Origin: Octopus sinensis
Taxonomy: Eukaryota
Assembly: GCF_006345805.1 (NCBI RefSeq)
Contig: NC_042999.1
Span: 106,144,001 to 106,208,000, forward strand
Reading direction: 5' to 3'
Length of the DNA stretch: 64,000 nt
Every line of letters begins with the position of its first letter. Position 1 is the stretch's first letter. Below the pieces are notes generated by a model. The model did not search any database and was not told the DNA's origin. It worked only from the letters and a program-made list of their open reading frames with translations. The translations under genes and the position numbers were made by a program. Shown piece after piece: positions 1-11,856 of this stretch.

Positions 1-683
1 TCTTACATTTTACTTATGAATATTTAATCATGACAATAAAAAGTCAAGGTGTATGTACTTGAATTCGTTAATCTCAGTTTGTATCTCCGTATGTGACAAC
101 AGGCTGACATTTTCTTCATCTTACGAATTAAAAAGAAAATCTATTTCAATAGAACTCTAATTAAATTCGTTTCGAAACTCACTCTAACTATAAAAAGAAA
201 AATGTAAGTGATATGTTGTGTTTAGATTCGATGTTTTACTGCTGCAGGGTCAATTGTAATATGTAAAATTTTAACAATAGCATTAGAAAGTGAACTGGAG
301 TTAGCTTTAGAACGAAAATTGACTCTGTATAAAAGAAAGAGTGATAGATTTTTTGATAAACTTACATATAAATTAAATAAACATATTAAAAGAAATAATG
401 AGCAATTTCAGAAATATATGTTTGTATTCGCATATGACGACAATCATGTTAATAATAATAATAATTTAACGTAACTTTAGAGGGTTATTCGCATAAAAAA
501 TATGCGCTTTCATTTATGCATTAATTTATTTCGTTTTTTCAATGTTAGCATTGCTGTGCTTTTTGGAATTTTAGGCATCTGTATACTGTTGTTATACGCA
601 GTTGATAACCTTGTAAACAAACATGGAACATCTGTGAACTCCGACGTATTTTAAACAGAGTTAGTAAACTATGATATGCGATC

Positions 684-723
684 GGTGCAGGCATGGCTGC
701 GTGGTAAGAAGTTTGCTTCTCAA
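684..723 (+). mobile_element. 5' head fragment of a tRNA-derived SINE, truncated at the (TA)n tract and mariner insertion
   Basis: GGTGCAGGCATGGCTGCGTGGTAAGAAGTTTGCTTC resembles the reverse complement of the 5' end of the SINE at 10640-10995 and has an A-box-like TGGCTGCGTGG. Confidence 0.5.
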
Positions 724-794
<71 letters not shown>

Positions 795-803
795 ATACAT
801 ATA

Positions 804-2042
804 TATCAGGTCGTAAAGTATGAAACTTGTAGAAACAAACAAAAATGTTTGATAATGTTTCATAAATACAAGGAATAGTTTTATTCATCAAAGTATGCCA
901 CCCATATTTTCAATACAAATTTTCCATTTCAGCGGTTGCATGCCAAGCCCGGAACTATAAAAGCCTGGCAATCTAGAGTCAATAAAATTTTGGAATACCT
1001 GTTTTACAGCATCGCTGGAATTAATTTTTTTCCTATCAAAAAGTTATTCAAATTTTAGAAGAAGTGGTAGTCAGCGGGGGCAAGATCGGGTGAGTATGGT
1101 AGATGATAGAGGACTTCCATCTCCAAATCCTTTAGTTTCACCAATCATTTTTGCTATCTGGGTTCTGGGGTTGTCTTGCGATAAAATAGGAATGGATCTG
1201 TTGATTCATCTAGGCTGTTTTTTGTACGTTTCTGCATCATTTGGTCCACTTGGCTGCAGTATACTTCGGCCGTGATCGATGAGTCAGGTTTAATGAAATC
1301 GTAATGGATCTCACCTGCGCCAGACCACGGAACACACACCCTCAGCTTCTTTTGTTGGATTTTGCAATTTGGGCTATGTTTTAGTGGCTCGGCTTTGTCC
1401 AGCCATTGAGCTGAACGTTTACGATTGTTGTATTGGATCCATTTCTAATCTCATGTTATAATTCGATTAAAACATTACTTAATTTTGTGACGAGAAATTA
1501 GCAACTTCCAAACGTTGCTTATATCTGATTTTCATTGAGTTCATGTGGAATCCAGTTATCCAACTTTTTGACGTTACCGATTTGAACTAGGTGAGCCTAA
1601 CACCAAACAACAACGATAATTCACGGGCGCTTTGAGATATATCTAACTCGACGGTGGCTTTGATTTCGCGATTATCCACCTTTGTTTCTGGTCGACCACG
1701 TTTCTCATTTGTGAAGTCAAAGTTACCAGAACGAACTTTTGAAAACCAATTTGATACTGTCTGCAGTGTATAATATTCCGAGCTGTCTGCGATGACGTAT
1801 TTCCAAGAAAGAACTCGTATTTCAAAACTGTACGAACTTTCGAAATATCCATGTCTTAAAAAACTAGCAAAAATTGGTTTATAATTATTTTATAAAGCGC
1901 AAAATGATTTAGAATAGAGAAATAGATGTGTCAGCTTTCTAACAAGAATAAAGATTGTCAAAATATCATAAAGGTACAGAATGAGCCGCTGTCAAATTTC
2001 GCTATATTCCCCACTATAAATTTCATACTTGAAGACCAAATA
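804..2042 (-). mobile_element. Decayed full-length mariner (DD34D) DNA transposon, about 1.24 kb
   Basis: Imperfect 29-bp TIRs: TATCAGGTCGTAAAGTATGAAACTTGTAG (804-832) vs revcomp of 2014-2042 TATTTGGTCTTCAAGTATGAAATTTATAG, both in TA context. Minus-strand transposase remnants: N-terminal HTH (MDISKVRTVLKYEF...TARNI, from 1852), WIPHEL (~1540-1555), ILSQDN (~1170-1190) and PYSPDLAPADYHFF (~1058-1099). Frameshifts and stops throughout. Confidence 0.92.
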
Positions 2043-2056
2043 TATAATATATATAT

Positions 2057-2155
<99 letters not shown>

Positions 2156-2563
2156 TTAAGGAGATGGACTCATTAATCTCAAATGTGAAACCGATATTTC
2201 GATACATATGGATTTAATTACCACAGCTATTTCTTTTAAATGTGGGAACCAATAGATTTTCATACTTGATAGAAATGTTACAGTAAAATGTTAAAATTTA
2301 CGGGAAAAATACGTTAGTGCTAAGAAGGAGTGTAGCCTATCCTGATGTGCATATTAAATAACTTGCTAATAATGAATAATGTATGTTCAAGTAACTCTGA
2401 CATATTTTTCCCGTAATTTTTAACATTTAACTGCAACATTTGTATCAAGTGTGAATATCTATTGCTTCCAACATTAAAAAAATAGATGTGGTAATTAGAT
2501 GCATATGTATCGAAATATCGGTTTTACACTAGAGATTAATGTCTTAAGAGTCCATCTCTTTAA
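2156..2563. mobile_element. Fold-back MITE with ~150-bp inverted arms and TTAA flanks (Kolobok-like non-autonomous element), copy 1
   Basis: TTAA|GGAGATGGACTC...GAGTCCATCTCT|TTAA. Arms ~2160-2310 and ~2403-2559 are diverged reverse complements. RR...YY termini with a TTAA target match Kolobok. Confidence 0.7.
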
Positions 2564-2659
2564 ACATATATATATATATATTATATATATATATATGTAT
2601 GTATGTATATATATATGTGTGTGTGTGTGTGTTGTGTGTGTGTGTGTGTGTGTGTGTAT

Positions 2660-3066
2660 TTAAGGAGATGGACTCATTAATCTCAAATGTGAAACCGATA
2701 TTTCGATACATATGGATTTAATTACCACAGCTATTTCTTTTAAATGTGGGAACCAATAGATTTTCATACTTGATAGAAATGTTACAGTAAAATGTTAAAA
2801 TTTACGGGAAAAATACGTTAGTGCTAAGAAGGAGTGTAGCCTATCCTGATGTGCATATTAAATAACTTGCTAATAATGAATAATGTATGTTCAAGTAACT
2901 CTGACATATTTTTCCGTAATTTTTAACATTTAACTGCAACATTTGTATCAAGTGTGAATATCTATTGCTTCCAACATTAAAAAAATAGATGTGGTAATTA
3001 GATGCATATGTATCGAAATATCGGTTTTACACTAGAGATTAATGTCTTAAGAGTCCATCTCTTTAA
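2660..3066. mobile_element. Fold-back MITE copy 2 (near-identical tandem duplicate of 2156-2563)
   Basis: Appears identical to copy 1 apart from a 1-nt homopolymer difference; period about 504 bp, with junctions in (TA)n/(TG)n tracts. Confidence 0.7.
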
Positions 3067-3410
3067 ACATATATATATATATATATATATATACCTTAAT
3101 AAATCAGAGAAAGAAGTGGAAAAGCTAAAGACAAATCGATTAGTCTCGCCTTATTAAAATGTTATACATGTTAATTATATGGATAATCGTAACAGATATG
3201 AAATGGTCCAGGAATGATTTTCGAGTAGCTTGATAGAAACACATGTGTATTAATAGGTATCAATGCAAATTCATATATTTCAATAAAGCTTCATACTACA
3301 TTCATTATTCATTTTCACATTTAATTGTTTGCATTACATAAGATATTCGATTTATCTACCACTTATTTCACTGTTTTAAAACAACAAATTCAATCTGAAT
3401 TATAAGGCAT

Positions 3411-3835
3411 ATATGAAGATTCGCCGAAAAGTCCATTGGCTGAATATCAAGGAGTAATGATAAAGCTGTGGAATCTTGCATACATTAAATTCATTGGCTT
3501 CACTCGGGTATTTTAATATTGAAATACAATTTTCAAAAGATAGTTTTAAAAAGATTCATTATCTATTTTGGTGAAAGCTCTTCTACGACTTTTGATAGTG
3601 AACGTTGAGATTAAAAAATATATTTATTCAATACGTTAGTGCTAAGGAGTCTAGCCTATCATAATGTGCATATTAAAGAACTTGCTAAATACTAATTAAT
3701 TAACTACATGAAGAGAATTAAAAAAATATATACACATTATATCATAATGTATAAGGTTTATACGTGGGTTGGCCAAAACTTTTATAGCCTAACCAAGATA
3801 CATCCATGGAGTGTGACCAAATGAGGCCGTTTCAA
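3411..3835. mobile_element. Two degenerate terminal fragments of the mariner family found at 61143-62327
   Basis: 3411-3500 (ATGAAGATTCGCCGAAAAGTCCATTGGCTGA...GTGGAATCTTGCATACA) resembles the revcomp of ~62250-62327. 3761-3835 (TACGTGGGTTGGCCAAAAC...GTGTGACCAAATGAG) resembles 61143-61220. Confidence 0.55.
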
Positions 3836-4331
3836 GCGTCTCTATGTAACCGATCAATGCAAACATTATATTAATTTGAAATAATCGCTCTCCTCGGATG
3901 CGTATAACCATATAGAGTTTCAACGTACAGGGTAGCCCATTATAATTTTTTAGAAAAATTTTCATCTCTGCTACAGAATAAAATACATTACTTCTTTTTG
4001 CTCTTATTGTTGCAGAAGAATAGGGAAGAGTATCTGACATTAATTAATTTATCGAAGTCGTTACGACAAAATTAAAATGATAAAAACACAATGTTTCTTT
4101 ATTCATTTACATGAATCGTATGTTCTTTTGCTATGCTTAGAAGAGGAGAAAAATACATTTGTTTGTTTGGAAAAAGGGAAAAGGGAAAGAAAAGCAGGTG
4201 GGGGATAAAAAATAAACAGAGAGAGGTTTCAAGCGAATCAGGGAAGAGGGGGCATCATCTTGGGGTTATAAATGCTAGTAACATCGGTTCGAATGGAACA
4301 GCCATGTTGAAGTGGCGACAAACATTAGTTC

Positions 4332-4377
<46 letters not shown>

Positions 4378-4394
4378 ATGTGTGGTGGGGTGGG

Positions 4395-4620
4395 GTGCTT
4401 GTGTCTGTATTTGTCCACAATCACTGCTTGGCAACAGGTGTTATTTATTTACGTTCCGCAGCATAGCCTCTAGGCAAAATAGACCGATAGAATAAGTACA
4501 GGCTTTAAATTTAAAACATTGAGTCGATTACTTCGGCTAAAACTTCTACGTGGCGGCGCCCCAGCATACTCACAATCTTATGACTGAAAAAAAGTTAAAG
4601 ATTAATGAAGAAAAGAGTAA
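4395..4620 (+). mobile_element. 3' half of tRNA-derived SINE (family A)
   Basis: GTGTCTGTATTTGTCC...GGCAAAATAGACCGATAGAATAAGTAC...GCGCCCCAGCAT...ATGACTGAAA plus an A-rich tail; homologous to the reverse complement of 10640-10850. Confidence 0.65.
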
Positions 4621-4807
4621 AGATAAAACAATATATAACCTCAAAAATGTGCAAAACAATCAATTTCCGTTAATCCTTTTATTTTGAATTGCTAGTCATA
4701 CACAACTTACCGACTAAAACAAAATGCAGAAGAGGCAGGAAATAAAATTTATCTAATTTTAAATCGGTTCAGTTGAGTATATTCTTTACATATACGTATT
4801 CTTTTCC

Positions 4808-5085
4808 ACTCGAAATTTGGTGGGAGGGGATCAGTCGATTATATCGACCCCAGTACGCAACTTGTACATAATTTATCGGCCCCGAAGGGGCTAAACACAG
4901 AGGAGACAAACAAGAACAAACAGTCGGATTATATCGATCTCAGTAGGTAACTGGTACTTAATTTATCGACCCCTAAAAATGAAAGGCAACGTCGACCTCG
5001 GCGGAATTTGAACTCGGAACGTAACGGCAGACGAAATACTGTTGAGCATTTCGCTCGGCTTCCTAACGTTTCTGCCAGCTCGCTT
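4808..5085 (-). mobile_element. tRNA-derived SINE (family B) with internally duplicated 3' part
   Basis: Revcomp reads GCGAGCTGGCAGAAACGTTAG (A-box-like), GAGTTCAAATTCCGCCGAGGTCGAC (B-box), then GTCGATAAATTAAGTACCAG; same family as 15470, 25430 and 57685. Confidence 0.85.
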
Positions 5086-8000
5086 CTTTTTTATATATAC
5101 TTATTGGCAACAAAGGAAAACCATTTGTATAATTCATTTGAAAAGGATACAGATTATTGTGACATGCTCCTTTAGTCATACGGTTTAAAATCACTTCTTA
5201 GCATACAATGTGAACTGAAGAGGAGATGCAATTTGTCGCAAGCATTTGACTCAGTTTTCACTTCGCGTAAAATACCCTTCAAATCTGTACTTGCTTCGTT
5301 GTAACTGTGAAGGCATATTACTATTGGCTTCCCTACTGTTTGGAAAAATATAGCAAACATATCACAGGGATAATATAAAGTTATTTTGCGATATAATGGT
5401 CTCAATGTACATAATCGTGATTAATATTAATTACAAAGAATAATTGTGAAATATATTACGCTTGAAAACAGTATGTCATTTCTCCAATATATTTTACAAG
5501 AATATATAATTATTATTACTGAAAATTCAGCTATGCATAAACATCAATTAATTTATCATATTTTAGAATCGCAATATGGATTGGATACCCAATATCTATG
5601 GCCATGTATAAAATTGACAGTAGCGACGAAAGGACTTTAACCCAGCTCATTAAACACACAATATCGTTAGTTAATTTGTTAGTTGGTTAGATAATTAAAA
5701 AATTCGTTAATTATAACAAATTGATATTGAACCAGTGCGTATGTTAGTTTTATTATTGGCGTAATGACTCTCCCAACACACGATTTCACATCATGAATCT
5801 TGCAAACCAAATACAATAACGAAGTATTTATATGTATGTGTACGTGTGTTTATGCACGTATGTGAGTCTGTATGTGCGGGTTGCGTGTGTGTGTATGTGT
5901 GTGTGTATTACGCATATGTATTTATATATAATATACATAATTATTTATGCATACTTATATATGACTGTCCGTACCTGAGTTTTTATGTAGGTGTGTTGTT
6001 TATTTACGTATATACTTCTATGAATACACGTGCGTGTGCGCATGAATGTATTCAACCTCTGATTATCATCGACGAATAGTTTCTCTAAAAACCTTTGAGC
6101 TAAATTGAGATACTCCCTCAATAGAGAAACAGTTTGTTCGAGGTTCGTTATTATATCTTGAGGGTTTGCCTTGATTCCTTGTTATTTTATCACCATTCAT
6201 TTTGCTATATTGGTGTTATGTATCAAATTGTGAACATATCTTCATTACTTCCGGTCCATTTTCATGTTGAAGTTTCAGTACATTGCCAAGTGGAAATCAC
6301 GTTTGATGTGATGAGGCCTGTGTAATTACTGGAAATTTAGTACTTCGATCAGCTTATAACAATTTGGTTTCTATATTACCTCATTATTATCGATGAGGAA
6401 ATATAATGAAACTTTGCACCTAATGCAATCCTAAAATTATTTGTGTTCTACTAAAATATTTGGGGTTAATCTTTGATCTTCTGCTTTTAGAATCGGAGCT
6501 TTCGTGTTTCCTTTTCTTTTATTACTAGCTATCCCATTCCTTGTGTCTTATAGCTTATTGTCCTTAAAGTGGATTTAATTTTATCGTTCCATTTTTTCCT
6601 GGTTCTATGGAATGCCAATTGTTAGAATATTTATATCTTTATCATTACATATAATGTAATTTATAAGTTTGGAATTTTATTTTTGTTTACTGTTCTTAAT
6701 TATTTAAAAATTTTCTTTCTCAGTATCCAAACTTGTGTTCTCTGGCGTTACTTTCAAGTTCCTATTGCGTTGTTTCTAGACATGTGGAACACGCTGTCTC
6801 TTTCATCATATGTATAAGCAACATTTATGTCATACATATTTCTGTATATTTATCTCTCCCAATTCACCTGTTTATATAGAAGTTGCATTCTTTCTATTCA
6901 TTTTCCATATTCTAGATGCCCTTACATCAATGTTTATATATTTAGACGTTCTACCCATTTCTCTTCGAATGTTGTGTGGCACTTCGTGTACTATATGTAC
7001 ATTGCATTAGCAGGATAATAGAGAGGTAATAGGCACAATTAATCATCGGGCGAAAAGTCTTTTGCTTTGTGCTTGTAACCGTGACATTGGAGGGAATAGC
7101 AACAACAACAACAGTAGAATCAGCAGCATTAGTAGTCGCAGTAGGAAGAGCTAGAGGAAATGAAGGAGGTGGAGAAGGGTTAGCATCAACAGCAGCAGCG
7201 GCGGTGATAGCAGCGGGGGATTAAGATAGAGCAGTATTCCTAGTATGAATGCATGTTATAAGAACAGGAATAACAGTTATTATTGATGCTGCGGCAAGTC
7301 AAACAATTTAAAGAAACATCTCTTCATATGGATCCTTCTCCGACTCACAGAGAGGATGTTATTTAAGAAAAGCGTTCATTTCACACCCATCCTACTTGAC
7401 GAATACATTGTTCCTTAAGGGTTTTCCATTCTTTGGGATGAATAAATCTTGCAAGAACTATCAAATTAGCAGCAAATTTTGTAGAGAATGATCACATTTA
7501 CGGAAGCAAATATTATAAAAGAACTAATGAATATGTCTCTAAAGAGAACGGGTGGAAATAACAGCCCTGCTTATTGTGCATATTTTGGGAGATGTTCACC
7601 ATTTTATGTATTAATATATAAACAGACTCTTTAAAAGAACTCGTATGTCATATTTAATGTATGAATATATCTTCCAATTTGCTTTCGTTGTTTGCTTTCA
7701 GTGTTCAATTTTTTTATATTGTCCTTCGATGAGTTAAAATTATAACTATTGCTATCGTTGTTTTAATACTTTCATTCTTTTTATCAATATTGAATTTAAT
7801 GTATGAATGTATCTCACCAGAAAATAGTGAAAATAGTTGATTTTATATGTATTCATCTCAAGAGGTATAATAACATCCAGCAACTGGCTGCAGTAACCCT
7901 CCTTTACACACACCCTAAAACCTAGACCACCACCAGCAACAACAACAAAGGAGCAAAAATAAAACTAACAAACCTGCCTCTGATTATGTTCTAAGACTTA

Positions 8001-8111
8001 CATCTTTCCTGGTTTCTCTCATTTCATAACACATTGAATTATATCATTCAACGATAACATAGGATTGACAAATAATTATTAAAGGCCATCGAGCACACAC
8101 GCATACGCACA

Positions 8112-8150
<39 letters not shown>

Positions 8151-8390
8151 GTTACAAATTCTGTTTGTTTGTGGAGACTTTTATTAGCAGGAGAAATAGT
8201 GATCAATTTGGCTGCTATTTCTGATATTTTCGGTATGTGGTTTTGAGCAACTTGTTGCAATTAACCCTTAATTATAATTATTATAAACCTTACCAAATAT
8301 GGTCTTTTCCATACCGATAAATCTACTAGGTGAAATTTATTAATTTTATTAAATTAATTATATTAATTTAATAAAATTAATATATATACA

Positions 8391-8469
8391 CCCATATATA
8401 TACACTCGCACGCATATACAGGCATATAAATATATATATATATACACTCACATACACAGGCAATATGTA

Positions 8470-8536
<67 letters not shown>

Positions 8537-8617
8537 TACATATTGCCTGTGTATGTGAGTGTATATATATATATATATTTATATGCCTGTATATGCGTGC
8601 GAGTGTATATATATGGG
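8391..8617. repeat. Perfect ~85-bp inverted repeat centred on a (TA)n tract (palindromic AT-rich repeat)
   Basis: CCCATATATATACACTCGCACGCATATACAGGC...CAGGCAATATGTATGAATA is the reverse complement of TATTCATACATATTGCCTG...GCGAGTGTATATATATGGG; the spacer is itself self-complementary (TA)n. Confidence 0.9.
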
Positions 8618-9088
8618 CGCATGTGCCACGTCGGTATATTTTGAAAGGAGGAGTATATTGTTAAAGGAAGCAAACACCTAAAAGGAAAATCAAAAAGCAA
8701 TTCTCTTCGAGCGAAGTCCTTTGCCAAACTTGTTCCGTACCTAATTGCAGTCCTTCGCTTCCCAGTGTTTCTCAGAAACGCAGTGCACTACTGATTGTTC
8801 CAGTGAAAAGCTGAAACCATCAATGTTAATGTTCACTCACCAAATCGATAGTACATCAAATGTAAATGAAGAAGTTGTCAGTATGTTATCTACTGTGTAC
8901 TAACACACCTGGCACTTTGATGTTGTATATTATATTTAATACATCAACTGTCAATACGCCTAAGGTAGATGTAACATAAATTCAAATATTTCGTGCTGCA
9001 TTTTATAATTGACATGCTTGGAAAAATGTAATAGACGGTGACGATGGAGATCATGTGATTAAATTGTAGTGACAGTGATGACGAAGAC

Positions 9089-9123
<35 letters not shown>

Positions 9124-9199
9124 AACCACTGTGATACCGACGACGACGATGATGATGACGTTAAATTCTTTGCCTCACATCCACAAAAATTATTACAAC

Positions 9200-9470
9200 T
9201 GTACTATGATTCCTGAATACAATAACTGCCGATATTTTAAATACGTGTATGTAGTATGAAAAGGTCTACAAAACCAAGTAAAGTCCATACAATGGCTTTG
9301 CAACATTAATTGTGTTGCCAAATCACACCAGAATTTGAAATACTTTGAACTTTCTCCACTTTCCCTTTTCTCAATTGTTACACTAATGGGAGTGGCAGCA
9401 CTTGGACCCTCTTTTCTATAATGAATCCTCATTCTCACATTATGAATTTGTGTATATCCCATTTCCTATA
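9200..9470 (-). mobile_element. Very old LINE reverse-transcriptase C-terminal relic (L2/Rex-Babar-like)
   Basis: Minus strand gives MRIHYRK...PISVTI and, after a frame change, VEKVQS-x4-GVIW, echoing the MxxDFRK...VExVxxFKFLGV region of AP-endonuclease LINEs. Weak match. Confidence 0.3.
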
Positions 9471-10639
9471 TACCCACTGATGTTTTAAAGAATACATCAA
9501 AGCTTTCCAGTGATTGACACAGATTATACCACCACAGGCTATAGGAAGAAAAGCGTTGGACATTCACATTTTCGGTCAAAAGACGTAGCAAGTGATGTGG
9601 TTAAATCGAACCGAAACAATCAAGCGCACATTTACATTAGGTATATTCAAAACCTCTTAAACTTTTTTCGTTTATGTATTTGGTTTGCAAGATCCTTTAT
9701 ATGAATTCGTAAGCTGAAACATATTTTGTTGTGTCTAGGGAGAGTCATCATTCCAATATAATTAACGCATACACTGGTTCAATTCCACTAATTCATTACA
9801 TGTCCGAATTTTTTGGTTTCTTTTGTCAAAACTCTTTCATTGTTTCTTCTCAGTTACTGTCAAGTCTGTCCTTTATAGAGGGTGCGTTTATTTCTCTGTT
9901 TGAGAACAAACACACTGGCACGCATACACACGCAACAAAATCTCAACCGGACAAATAAACGAGCCCTCTATAACGCACAGAGTGGATAATCATTGAGAAG
10001 GCTGCAACAAAAAAAAAGAAGCAACGAAAGAACTTGGACAAAATATCTTAAAATTATATAATCATATAACAATACGGATAAAGATAGTAAATATAATGAT
10101 AATGATACAATGATAGAGGACTTAAATTAACATACGAATTGTTTTTGAACCAGCTTGATACTTTTAAAGTTTCATCTTTAACCGAAATCTACACGATTTA
10201 GTACTTTTTATTCGGAGTATTACTCAAAGCTATATTCAATTACGATATATCTGAGGTAAATACAGTAGGTATAATGCCATGACGATTAATTTTTCTGGAA
10301 AATTCTTTACTTGAAACCATAAGCGAAAAATCCTTTTTATTTTATTTGTTTCAGTTTTGCTTAATTTTCCATAGAAGGTATCTATATAATTAATCTGTTC
10401 TCTAAAAAAGCTGATATTTCTTTTCATCAGATGAGATGTAAGAAACGTTCTTTTGGCTTTCTTGAATATTCTCATCTCTAGATTGTAGTGACAGTGAACC
10501 CGTTAACAAATTTTCATTAAATATCACACTGAAGATATTTAGTGGTACTGATAATTGGAAATCACAAAAGTAAGTGGAAGTCCTCTAAAACTTTCTAACA
10601 CTATAATGTATTTGAGTTGACATATTTATACACCTTTTT

Positions 10640-10995
10640 CTTTCTTTCCTTTCAACTTGTTTCCGTTGTAAGACTGAAGCCATGCTGGAGCACGACATAG
10701 AAGAATTTATAGTGCAATCAATTGACCTCGTCATTTGTTTTCTTAAGCCTGGTACTTATTCTCCCAGTCCTTGTTGCCGAACTGATAAGTTACAGGGACG
10801 TATACACACCAACACTATTTGTGAAGAGATGGTGGGGGACGAAGATACACACACGCGCGCGTTTATACATGACGGGATTCCTTCAAGGCTATAGTCGGCC
10901 CGAGTCTGTAGAAGACACTTGTCCAAAGTGCCACAAAATGGGACTGAACCCGGAACTATGTGGTTGGGGAGCAACCTTCTTATCACATCGAGTTG
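10640..10995 (-). mobile_element. Near full-length degenerate tRNA-derived SINE (family A)
   Basis: Revcomp contains AACCACATAGTTCCGGGTTCAGTCCC (B-box-like), GGACAAGTGTCTTCTACAG...GGGCCGAC, GTTCGGCAACAAGG...GAATAAGTACCAGGCTTAAG and GTGCTCCAGCATGGC. Confidence 0.75.
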
Positions 10996-11856
10996 TTATT
11001 TATATTTGAGCTCATGTAGATGGAGGAGAAAAATAATCAGAGATACTGAACACGTGACCGTCTCTTCACATCGGGTGAGGAAAAGGCTATACTGTTTAAT
11101 GTGTCCATTTCACATTTTAGACGGAAGTTTCATTTGAGAGAATTTTGGCTGCATTATCTGATAAGTCAAAATATGTAGAGGTTTTTCTCAATAGGTATGT
11201 TATTTTTCGAATTTTAGGCTCACGTCATCCATAATAAGAATTTAAAACTAAAATGAAAGCCTTGCAAAATTGAATATTTAACATGTTAAATGGATGGCTT
11301 ACCTGCTGTATACCTATTTTTTTAAAACCCTCTCGTTAATATGAAGAAAATGTGGTTCCTAATTCTAGCAGCTTGTGTGATCACGTAGAGCTTGTTTATA
11401 ATTCCATCTCATTGGAATTTATTTTGTTATCAGTTGTGTTAATTGAATTAATTTTTTGTCATCGCTTCAAAACAAAATTTAAAACCACTTAACACTTTAT
11501 CTGAAATAATTCAAGTTAGTTATAATATTAATCTTGTCATTTCCTATTTTGCAATTAGTATTTTAAATTATAATTATGTCTAAGAGGGACTGCTTGGCTA
11601 TGATTTCAAATGTGTATCATCTACTTACAGTATCTGAGGGCGGGCTTAATCTGTGTAGAGGTAAACAGAATATAGGTATTATAGTGGTAACGTATTGTTT
11701 TTATTATCTGTCTTCTCTGTTTAATTCGTGCCAGGATCAATTTTGCCCATTATCCTTTTAGGGTCACTAAAATAAAATAACAATCATTGGCACTACATTT
11801 ACGAAAATGTTAAACAGTTAGATGTAATGCTTTACAGTGTTTCTCACTGTTTTCAG

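Noticed and set aside
6060-7010. Possible Penelope/LINE relic on the minus strand
   Set aside because: Composition looks like decayed coding DNA, but I could not recover a convincing motif.
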